From positions 4,960,001 to 5,024,000 of the forward strand of contig CM035356.1 in assembly GCA_020137815.1 (NCBI GenBank): a stretch of 64,000 nucleotides of DNA, written 5' to 3'. This DNA is from Hormiphora californensis (lineage: Eukaryota > Animalia > Ctenophora). Below, piece by piece: positions 47,163-57,635 of the stretch (the stretch's first letter is position 1; each line of letters starts with the position of its first letter). The position numbers and the translations under genes were made by a program. Below the pieces are notes generated by a model. It was not told the origin of the DNA, did not search any database, and worked only from the letters and a program-made list of their open reading frames with translations.

Positions 47163-50086
47163 AGTTAACATAACAATCTCTCTCTCACTCTCTAGACAAC
47201 AGATCAAGTTCCCGTACGGAAAGTATGCACAGTAGAACGTGCAGTATGGACAGCCTCGATATTATTGCAGTAGGCAAGCCAACACCGGGTCATCTTACGC
47301 CGCAGCACCTTACACCTAATATCAGGTACAGCCTAGCAGTTTAGTGTGGTGGTGGTTGTTATGTTCTAACCCTCCCTTTACATTTGTGTGGGGCGCCCGA
47401 AACACAGTATAGCCAGGCAAGGTGGTGGTGGGTGTAAATAAAAATCTTAAATCCGTGAGATGAAGTTGTCGACAGGACTGGTATCCGACATGCTTCCCTA
47501 AATAATAAAAGTTTTTTAGGGACGCCTTTTAATAATTTTATCGGTTACATTCCCATCATTCATTTTTATCTTTTTAATTTTACCCTTTATCTAGGAAGAC
47601 GTCCCCACGACATCCCGCAGTGAGCGATAAGAATAGCTATGCTTTCACTGACATGCCTCACATATTCGATCAACATTCAAAGTAAGCCCCACAGATCATG
47701 CGTTAAATAATGTTCCCAATTCCTGGCAATTCATTAACTCACTTACCACTGTGTATTCAAACAGTTCCCCTTCTCTTCAGGGCAGTTCGAGTTGTTAGGT
47801 TTGCCCACAACAGTTGTACTATGCTGGCATGCTGCTCCGATGATTTCACCATCTCTCTATGTTCCCTTACCCCTTACGCTGTTCTCAACCTTCTCCAGGG
47901 ACATACCGGACCTGTCAGGTATAGGGATTGCTCCTTCATAAAACATTATTTTGCTCCTTCATAAAACTACCCAATTACCTCTAATTTTCTCAGAGATATG
48001 GATTGGTCTATTGATAATAGTATGATCCTCTCTGGATCGTCTGATGGAACGGTTCGATTGTGGAACTGTGACCAGGGCAAATGTATACGGGTTGTCACTA
48101 ATAATAGCCCTATTTCTGCTGTTCGCTTCCAGGTGATTTATAGTGGCAAGAAAGGGAAAACGGCTAAAGTATAGCATTTATAGTATGTACATATTTAGTA
48201 ATATTTAGTAATATTGATATTTAGTTAATGTTTTATAGTTGTTTGGGGTGCTGAGAAATCAGTTAGTTAAATATTTAACTGTGGCTACTAGCCAGAATTG
48301 TAGTAGCCAGAGTTGTAGTAGCCAGAGCTGTAGTGGCCAGAGAAGTGGGTCACCTGTTTGGAGTGCTGAGAAATATTTTATTTCAGCCAATGAACAACAA
48401 TGTATGCGTAGCTGGAGACGAGGATGGCGTTTTGAAGGGATACAACCTGAGCACTGGAAAACAACTTTCAGGTACAAAATGATTATTAACATTTGCTATA
48501 GAAACTTTCCTTGTGTTTTAATAACATGTTTCAGGATCACGTGAGAAGATAAGTAACAGTTTGACCTGCCTGGAGTTCGGGCCTAACAGCAGTATCGTGT
48601 GGGCTAGCAACAATAAAGGACAGATATTCGCTATCAGTGTCCATCCTTTGGTAGGTGGTGATGTTTGGTAATGAAATTACCCCTCCGGAAAAGCTCATAT
48701 ATGCAATATAATAACAGGGGTGACTTCGTAACCAATGGTAATGTCGTTAATCACAGTCGGACCCTAACTGGAACCCCGATTTACCGGTTCGACTGTATAG
48801 TGTATAGTATACACTATACAGTTGAACCGGTAAATATATATAATACACTGTATACCCCATTTGTCGAGCTAGCTTAGCACCTACCAAAGTTTTTGAAATA
48901 TCCAGACTTTCCGTAATTATCATCGTACGAAATGTCTCTATTCCCAATTATTATCGCCTCCCAATTTGTGACATTATGTAACCATGTCCCTTCTTAACTT
49001 TAAACTCTCAACCACAGACGTGTCAGATGAAAAAGATGAAGGGAAGTGGGGTTCCTGGGGGAGGGTCTATTGTCAGTTTGGCGGTCCGTGCAGGACACCC
49101 AACCCCCCTTCTTATTGCATCCTCTACATCTGATTACATTTTCATGTTTACCATTGAAAGTAAGTCCCCCTAGTTTGTTTGTTTGTGTTACAAATAGTTA
49201 TTGAATTGTCGGGGGACCATTGTCATAAATTCGAAAGTTCGCGATATATCGACACTCCATAGTTCCCCTACTTTCTAATTTTCTCATACAAGACTGTCCT
49301 CGACTCGCGGCCCTCTATCTTTCCCACTTCACTCACACAACTACAATTTCAGAGGAGGTTCTACTCCTTCAAAGAAAGTGTGCAGTACGACTAAATGGAC
49401 TTCCAATTAGGAGCGTGTTCTGCCCCATAGCAACCGCAAATAGGGTAGGTAATCGAAAAACAGAAAGTAGAAGTACCCCAAATTGGTAACAATTAACCGA
49501 ACTATTCCCTCGATTTGCACTAGTTTGTGCTTTAGCTGACCAGCTATTTCCCAGGGTGCATTCACGGTATCTGGTTGTGCCGATGGATCAGTCCTGGTGT
49601 TCGATATGGAGAAGGGCAAGGCCGTTAACAAACTCCAGGGACATTCCTGGTAAGTTGATATATATATTTGGAAGCATTTGGAATCACTTTGTGGTGTGAG
49701 TTTGTGGTGTGGGGGTTGGGGGTTTGGGGGGTTGGTATAGTGAGTTCTAATCATTATATAGGGCTTGTCAGCCAAATGTTATCGCTGAAACGACCTCATA
49801 CTATTCTGTACTATCAGTTGATTGTTTGAGTAAAACAGTGCCGGAATAATGGACTGGCGGACTGCACATTACCGGAACATGTTCAATTATCATCCAGTGA
49901 CCACTTGAATCGCATAATAAATATGTCTGTTACTACTTTAATTTGAGCGTCAATCAGTACTTAATTTTCTCTTCTTTTCTTCTATCGAAGGAGCTGGGAA
50001 GTATTTATTAATGTTTGCTGTTGCCCTGAATCACGCGGAGTACAGCTATTTCTGGTTATCATTTCCTCTCTCTCTCTCTCTATATA

Positions 50087-50123
<37 letters not shown>

Positions 50124-50817
50124 GAGGCATAAACTCTGGCCACTGGCGCGTTATTTCAGATAACTTTCTCCCAGCGCGCCGCTGGGAGAAGTTAGCTGGA
50201 GTTTATCCGCCGCTGGCGGATAAACTGGTTTAAATCACGACGACGATCCCGAGGCGGAGCCGAGGGAGAGGCGGAGGGGTTTAAACCTATAACGTGCCAG
50301 TGGTCAGAGTTTATGGGTTATATACCCTGCTTTAGTTGTTTATTTCAAGTATTACACACCAACAAGAGAGAGAACACTAATCAAAACACACAAAGAGAAC
50401 TGAGAAATAGTTAAAAACACGTCACAATTGAGTGTACACTGTTTGGTAACAGTTACTAAGCAGTTGCTAAGGAAAGAGAGTGAAAGAAATAGCCTGATAA
50501 GGGGCATGTCACAAATAACACAGAGAAAGAGATAGTGAGACAAAAGGGGAGATAAAGAGAGAGTAATTGACGGAATGTGTCCTTTCTTTCTCTCCAATGT
50601 AGTGTGTAAGTGTTGCACATAGTGTTCCCTCTGTATTTTAGTAAGAACTGATCATTTACACACACTTTGAATGTTACGTAGGAGTTAAAAATAAATAACC
50701 TGCCAGTGGGAAATAATCTGCCGCTGGACTGGCTGTTTACTGAGAGCGCGCTAGTGGGACTTCTCGCCACTGGCGCATTATTTAAGTTAGCAGGGTATAT
50801 ATATATATATATATATA

Positions 50818-50848
<31 letters not shown>

Positions 50849-50982
50849 CTCTCTCTATATATCTCTCTTAGTAAATGTATGTTTCTCTCCCTAGCTGCCT
50901 ATAGAGTACTACAATTCAGTCTTGCTTATACCTACCAATACACATAGACATCGGTCTCCCTCTCTCACTATCTCTCTCACTA

Positions 50983-51030
<48 letters not shown>

Positions 51031-51280
51031 CCTCTACCTCTTCCTCCTTCCATCTGTTTGTATTACTGATTTCCATCTTCTGTCAAGCTTTTCGACTATC
51101 TTAGCCTGACGTTTTAAAGGACCACTTACTGACCACAAACACGCAGAAGAGATAGGCGATAGGAGAGAGAGCAGAGGCGAGGGGAGGAGAAGAAGAGCAA
51201 ACTAAAAGAGAATCTACCATGAGAGCAATAGAGAATAGAAGGAAATATAGGAAATACATATACGACTGAAAGCTCCTATA

Positions 51281-51337
<57 letters not shown>

Positions 51338-53829
51338 CTGTGCAGTTTGCGTATTTTCTCATTTACATTTATCCTCCCTCTCATCCGACTGTCTGTATAT
51401 ATTCCCGTATTTAACTGTCCCAAGCCACAGAGAGATAGGAAAGTCACGTGACTGCAACAACTCACGTGATCATCATCATCATCATGGCCTCCTCTTTGCC
51501 GTCCTCTCTTCAATGCCAGGACTCTGCTCTCTCGCCCGCCCTCAATCTTGTCTCCAGTTTTTCCAATCTTCTCTCCCAGCCCACTGCAGACCACGCCCTT
51601 GCTCCGTTCCGTATTCCCCAACTTCTCCACCTCAACTCCACTGCTAACACCTCCTCGGATGAAATGGAAACTGACGTTAGACGGCCCCCAAAACGAACCA
51701 AGCCACTTCTTCTCGACATGGCCACTGGTGTTTCACCTGACTCCCCTGCTCCCCGGGTAACAGGATCCAAGACACACTTTGTGTCCACTCCCCGGCTCAG
51801 CAGGAGGCTTCTCAATGCAGGCCTCCTCAGCAGTAGTAGCGTGGAGGGTCCCCCAGGAGGAGGGGAGACAGTTGGAAGTGTTGAGATGGCACCAGCTGAA
51901 CGATCTTCATCTTTACCAGGACAACAACAACAACCGCTCCTACCAGCCACAACAACGAGATCTCTTTCAACAAGCCGCGTACCACCGGGTGTTGAGTTCC
52001 ATTTCTCACCCACAATGGATGCGCGCCCTGCATCTCCCATCCCCATGGTAACAATCTCACCTCCTTTGGGTGGGAGTCTGGAGGACGTAGCAGAACAACT
52101 CAACCCCCAATCACCGGCTGTTGATGGCACCCACCACCCTGTCATGGAGGAATCAAATAGCATCTTCTCAGTTACTCCGGATCCTAAGATTCTCCAACGA
52201 TTAATTGATATCTCCGTAGCCCAGCCGGTGCTGCCACCCGCGTTTGAAACAGGATCTTTCCAGGTGATATCTGATCCGGATAACATCACTGGGGATCAGG
52301 TGACACCATCCCAGCCGGTACTTCAAAGTTTCTCCGTTACCTCTCCACGAGTTTCAAAGAAGGTAACCATTAGCAACAACAAACAGCAACAGGTGAAATA
52401 ATGACATGTGACAAATCGATGGGTAAACTTGCTAGTTCAGCACAAGATATTTCTGTGCCCATCCCCAACAACATGATAAGAAAGTGCGGATCAAGCCGAG
52501 ATATATCCTCCTCAGCACCTCAACAGCAGACACTCCGAGATATGATGGGACCACACAGGACTCACCATGTTTCCGCACAGGATGTCACCATGACAACGAA
52601 ACTATCGAGTTATGATGAAGTTCCCCCTCCAAATCAACACAGGGGTTCAATACAAAGTGAGAATATCCTCCACAAGTCTAACGAGGCTGATGATAAGTGT
52701 ACCAAAGTGGATATCCTCCATAAATCTAAAGTGGAGGACGATCCGGGATGCGACACGTTCTCTCTTGACTCCTCGATATACAGCGGTATGGGCAAGCACT
52801 CCTCGACAATTTCAAGGAACCTGAACAACTACGCCAGTACTCTTCCAAAGGGTCCTGTCCAGAAGCAGCTCAACAAAAGCCTGACTAGTCTGAGGACTGG
52901 GATGTGTGGAAATGATGAAACTATCTACGAGAAGATTGATAGGAATGATGTTTCAAAGAAAACCAAGGATAACATTTGTACAACATTGAACCTCCCACCG
53001 CCTCTCCCACCCCCATCTGCCATCTATCTGTCCGCCCCTACCTGGTGTTCGTGCCGGAGATGCTGTGATGGAGACACAGGGTTTGTGTGTTGTCTCTCTC
53101 TACCGGAGCTTATCTTCCTCTCTAACGGATCCCAGTGTGTTACCAAGAGCAGTCTCTTCTGTGAGGTTGTCCTCAACAAGGCAGGGTTGAGGTTGAGCGA
53201 TTGGCTGGGTAAGAAGACGCTAAGTGGCTCTACGGTCCAGAAGAACAACACGTACCGACATCTGGCGTACAACTCCTTCGTCCAGTTGGTATCGAGTAAT
53301 GTGAGGAAGCAGTGGACAGAGAAAGTGTTACCTTCATGTGTTGTCACGGCAATAAGACAGATTTATCCCTCCGCAAACAACCGATACAACGGACCAGTTC
53401 GATCAAAATGAGATAGAGAGATTAGGTAAGGAGCATATTTTGTGTTGGAGAGCTTGCTGTGTACTATATATCTGTCCATGTAGCTACGGGGGATTACCTA
53501 CAACTCTGGCACATGCAACTCTGGCTCATAGAAGTGTGATCTGATTAGGTCACCGCTAGGGGGGGGGGATGACATACCCTAAATCGCATGCGTTATCTGA
53601 CACACATGTTATCTGTCACAGATGCTATCTGTCACACATGTTATCTATCACACATTAACAATCTATCACACATGTTATCTGTCACACATTATCTTAATCT
53701 ATCACACATTAACAATCTATCCCCTGCAGCCCGGTATACGCGGTGTGTTTGAGTTACGATGAGAACGTTCTGATTAGTGCTGACTCCAGTGGAACTGTCA
53801 TTGTTTGGCAGAAAAAGGAACCCGCATAA
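44969..53829 (+). CDS. WDR13: WD repeat-containing protein 13, multi-exon; small apparent frameshifts in early exons are probably consensus errors
   Basis: IQKILALDAR...LYMRRRSQLLRE, HIFDQH..AVRVVRFAH...LACCSDD, DWSIDN...SGSSDGTVRLW, VSGCADGSVLVFD...AVNKLQGHS and final exon PVYAVCLSYDENVLISADSSGTVIVW all match WDR13. Confidence 0.9.
45700..45736 (-). ncRNA. Minimal type I hammerhead ribozyme, inverted copy
   Basis: reverse complement of 46768-46804. Confidence 0.75.
46036..46099 (-). mobile_element. Short poly(A)-tailed retroposed insert in one Penelope arm
   Basis: poly-T tract plus ~47 unique bp, flanked by the 11-bp direct repeat CTCTAGGACTT; absent from the other arm. Confidence 0.7.
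46768..46804 (+). ncRNA. Minimal type I hammerhead ribozyme (Penelope-associated)
   Basis: ACTA-CTGATGA-T-GGTG TTAAA CACC-GAAA-TATC-TGGT: conserved core, 4-bp stem II, short stem I, minimal stem III. Confidence 0.75.
50124..50795. mobile_element. Non-autonomous element inserted in a (TA)n microsatellite, possibly Crypton-type
   Basis: (TA)n on both sides; split inverted repeats CATAAACTCTGGCCACTGGC / GCCAGTGGTCAGAGTTTATG and TATACCCTGCT / AGCAGGGTATA; CCGAGGCGGAGCCGAGG motif at 50249. Confidence 0.5.
51484..52401 (+). CDS. Ser/Pro-rich, probably disordered ORF nested in the last WDR13 intron; likely the N-terminal half of the next ORF
   Basis: ~305 open codons of non-repetitive sequence; the stop overlaps the next ATG (TAATG). 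Confidence 0.6.
   Translation: MASSLPSSLQCQDSALSPALNLVSSFSNLLSQPTADHALAPFRIPQLLHLNSTANTSSDEMETDVRRPPKRTKPLLLDMATGVSPDSPAPRVTGSKTHFVSTPRLSRRLLNAGLLSSSSVEGPPGGGETVGSVEMAPAERSSSLPGQQQQPLLPATTTRSLSTSRVPPGVEFHFSPTMDARPASPIPMVTISPPLGGSLEDVAEQLNPQSPAVDGTHHPVMEESNSIFSVTPDPKILQRLIDISVAQPVLPPAFETGSFQVISDPDNITGDQVTPSQPVLQSFSVTSPRVSKKVTISNNKQQQVK
52401..53411 (+). CDS. Protein with a C-terminal P2X7 cytoplasmic ballast / Nanor-like Zn-binding domain, nested in a WDR13 intron
   Basis: WCSCRRC...CC...CVTKSSLFCEVVLN...NNTYRHLAYNSF...VLPSCVVTAIRQIYPS...YNG parallels P2X7 WCQCG.C...CC...CITTS.LF..LVL...RHCAY...LPSCC...IR..FP....YSG. Confidence 0.8.
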   Translation: MTCDKSMGKLASSAQDISVPIPNNMIRKCGSSRDISSSAPQQQTLRDMMGPHRTHHVSAQDVTMTTKLSSYDEVPPPNQHRGSIQSENILHKSNEADDKCTKVDILHKSKVEDDPGCDTFSLDSSIYSGMGKHSSTISRNLNNYASTLPKGPVQKQLNKSLTSLRTGMCGNDETIYEKIDRNDVSKKTKDNICTTLNLPPPLPPPSAIYLSAPTWCSCRRCCDGDTGFVCCLSLPELIFLSNGSQCVTKSSLFCEVVLNKAGLRLSDWLGKKTLSGSTVQKNNTYRHLAYNSFVQLVSSNVRKQWTEKVLPSCVVTAIRQIYPSANNRYNGPVRSK

Positions 53830-54792
53830 CATGTGAGAAATAGCTGTCAGAGCATTGTTCTCACGGAGAAATAGACAGTTTGCTTCTGAACACTACACTA
53901 TTGACAAAAGGATTTAAACTGTGTTTATGGGTTTTTTCATTTCGATCAACGATACCTTTTAGTTTTTGAGAACTAGGCGAAAATGTTTTATTGAAGTGTT
54001 ATGATAATAATAATAAAGACTGAGCTCTAAAATTTAATTGCTTCTGTAATGATGATGTATTATGTGTGTTACAGTGCTGCTTGTAGTGGGAATACGGTGT
54101 CTGAATAATACGGTATTTGACCATTACGGTTTCTGAAATACATATGTATTTGAAATACATATATATTTCGGTGTCACGTGTTTTCAATCTGGCGCTCTGA
54201 TTGGTCTCGTCTTACCGTTTTTCACTGATACCGTGTTGAACCGATACTGTATTCTCACTACAAGCACCCATGTTACTGTTTTGAATTTGAAATTTCGACA
54301 TTGTTAACTGGTTTTATCATTTGGTTCGGACATGTCTTGTCTTGTTGGTAGGCGGTAAATGTTAACCAGATCTGATAGAATACGTACATGCATAACTCAG
54401 TCATTTCTTTTGCAAATTGGTTAAGAAATGGCTGAGGTATGGGCAAAACCGTGCGTCTTGTTACTCAACAATTCATCTCGGTTGTCATTGTGAATAAAGC
54501 ATGCTGATCTCGTGACAGAGGGTGTATCTCTGATGGAAACTAATAAAATGCAACTCACTTAAGACAGCTCACAGCCGACAGACAGGCGAAGAAGAAAAAA
54601 ATGGTGAAATTTTTTAAAGCTGTCTGGCGCCGCGCAAAACTATGCCGCGCAACAAAATCGTTGCGCGGCCCCTTTTCTTGAGCGCGTGCTGTAAAATTAT
54701 CATGTTTAAAAAAATAATAAAATGCATTTTTGAAATTTTTTTTGAAAAGTGTTGCTGGGTGTTTCGTGAGTGCTGACAAACGGTTTTGTAGC

Positions 54793-54851
54793 GTTAGGGC
54801 AAGAGTAGGGTTAGGGTTAGGGTTGGGGTTTGGGTTTGGGTTTGGGTTAGG
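54793..54851 (+). repeat. Interstitial telomere-like (TTAGGG/TTTGGG)n tract, probably part of a TE remnant
   Basis: GTTAGGG...GGGTTAGGGTTAGGGTTGGGGTTTGGG; neighbouring motif AGCACGCACCTRTAAACAGGCC also occurs at ~7465. Confidence 0.7.
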
Positions 54852-55364
54852 TCTTAACATTTCCTACCAGATAAACTTTGAATTAGCGAAAACGGTTAGA
54901 GCCATTTTAGTGAATCAACTTTTTTGGCAGCACGCACCTATAAACAGGCCACGAAACACCTAAATCGTAACGGCGGCGCCCCTACCAACTTTGCTTTGCT
55001 TTTAAACTTTTGAACTCGCCGAAAAGCGTTAAGCGGTGTTCCACTTGAAAGGCGTTCCATTTGAAAGGCGCTGTATCATCCCGCATTGCATTTGACCTGT
55101 CGCACATGCCATTTGCCGAATGTTCCATTAGCATGTTATCAAATATTCGCCTTGTGCACTGATCATCCTCGTTAGATGGGCCTTTAACCGTTGCAAATTG
55201 CAATTCACGGGCCTTGATCATTCAGCATTTGCATTCCCACAGACTTGATGCGCTATTAGAACACTTCATTTAGTTTCGCCTTAGTCATTCCGCGTTTTGT
55301 TCGATTCTCCCTCGCAATTGATAGCTGCATGTCATTCACGGCACGCCATTTCACAGGATCACTC

Positions 55365-57213
55365 ATGAGCGAAGAAGTCAGCACACAGCCCCCCATTGCA
55401 AGTATAATTCGCAAGTTCGAGAAACTCCACCAGATGAAACCATGTCAATTGAAGGAACTTTCCACTGAGAGACCGGTCACCGCTCCACCATCCCTACCCT
55501 CCCAGAAGAAGGGCGTGGTAAAGAGGTGAGTAGCCCTGTATAGTCGACTTTTTTTAACTAATAATAAGGGACAGGGGGGTTCAAAACACACATAATTTCA
55601 GACGTACATATCTCTGGTTCAGACGTACATATCTCTGGTTCCTGATGAGATGAAATTTGGAGATTAGGAAGAACTTGGCATGATCTTCCTAACCTCCAAA
55701 TTTCAAGTCTCTACCTCATCAGGAACCTGTAGTTTAGGAATACTACTGGTCCTCTGATTGATATATTTTCCCCATGTATTGCTTTATTATCTCGTTATGT
55801 TGTTATCTCGTTCATTCAGGAGGGATGATCTGATTACAAAGTTGTGTGAGGAAGTGTGCTACCTGAATAACCAACTGCAGTGTACTGATGCGTGCCACAA
55901 CAATAGGTAAATGTGTGTGTGAGTATTGTGTGAGTATAGACATACTACTGAGTGTTATTCATTTACCAATGTTTACTTAAGACATTACTCAGTAGAGCAA
56001 TACTGCTGCATTGCACCTGCAGCTTACCAATTGTAGCATCTTTATTCTGAAACTAATTAAATCTCTAATTAAATCTCTAATAAACTCTCTAATTATCCAG
56101 GAATTACAATGACTCAGAAACCCTGAGTCGGGCAATGTTCAGGGATAACTATTTTATAATATCTGGGGCAGTGTCACCCTCATTAGAAGCAGTTACTGAT
56201 CAGGTGAGAGAGATATATGTCCTCCACCACCACCCCACCCCCACCCCAACCCCCACCTCAACCCCCGCCCCGATATACCTCATTATATCAGCCTGATATT
56301 ACATTATAATCACACACCAACACCCCCACCAACACCCCCCCCCCCATCACCACCCCGCCCCGATATACCTCATTATCATCCTGATATTACATTATATCAT
56401 GCGTGGTTCCTCCATTATATGACACGTGGTTCCTCTATAGGTTGATTCCAACAACATGCTGACTGTCCAGGAGAAACCTGTTCAAATGAAAAAGACAATT
56501 GACTCTGATATTTCGTAAGTTTCGTTATTGGTGCATTACAGTAGTGCTAACAACAACAAAAATAGTACTGCAGTAGTGATGCAATAGTGATGCAGTATAG
56601 TAGTGGTCATGTGGTATTAGTTCCAGGTTGGGGCCGGTGTCCAAGGTTACACAAATCGCAGGTTGTTATGACAACCATTTCTCTCTCTCTTCCTGAAATA
56701 GGGTGTAGGAGGGGGGGGGGGGGGCTACTCTAGAAATTTGAGAGTTACCGAAGGGAGCATATAATTTGCCACTAAATTTATTCTACGGGGATTTCTGCAA
56801 TCGCGGCCCGTGCAGAATTTATGAGGCAAAGAGAAGAAAAATAATTTTGTATGGTTCAAAATTATTAGCTACTCTTCCAATATTTTTAGCACTATAATTC
56901 TCCCAACAGGTCCCATACCAGGTCACCAATCAACCAGCTGAGCTGTTCACCGGGTGCATCTCTCGTTACCATGGAGACCGTTCTGAATTTACCAAGCAGC
57001 GAGGGAGGGTTAACTACGAGTGTTGGCAACTACCACCTCAGGGAACCTCAACTAACTTCCTCTCTATCAGATATTGACAATTGTTTCGCAGACAACGTTT
57101 ATCGAACTTCCAGCCGGGTAGGCGTGTTTTGTGTTTGTATTTCAGATAGTGCAGTACTGCGTCATATGGGCCACCCGCACAGCACCGCCCACGACCCGGT
57201 CCAAGACGCCTGA
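55365..57213 (+). CDS. Uncharacterised 5-exon gene, ~242 aa (55365-55525, 55820-55906, 56101-56203, 56441-56514, 56910-57213)
   Basis: all four introns GT-AG with matching phases (2,2,0,2); no recognisable domain. Confidence 0.7.
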
Positions 57214-57635
57214 AAAATATTCAGCGGACTGCGTCTTAAACGTCGTGGACCGCGTCGTAAGGAAGGTTTTATGCGGACGACCAACATGACGGAGCTGATA
57301 CATCAAAAAACGAATTATAAATCTCGATTCCATTGTTAGATGAATCTGGCAGGGTTGCCATCACTCAGATGGAACTAGATCGATCTGCAATAATATCACC
57401 ATGCATGTACTGGATATGTTCACAAGCATGATATGCTCATAACTTATATATGAGTCATAAGATTAGTTTGATACACAGTAGGCCCTTGTTAGGCAACAAT
57501 ATAGAGAGAGAGGAAGTGAGAATAGTCGAGTAAATCATCCTGTGTCTGTTTATCTCTGTTTATTCCTTATGAAATCTGAGCAAGAATTGCATAGGAACGA
57601 AAATCTAAAAAACGTATCTTCTGCTTGTCAATGTT

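Noticed and set aside
51510-52289. 259-aa minus-strand ORF
   Set aside because: Antisense shadow of the S/P-rich plus-strand ORF with no motifs of its own
54793-54851. True telomere
   Set aside because: Short, degenerate, internal and flanked by repeat-like sequence
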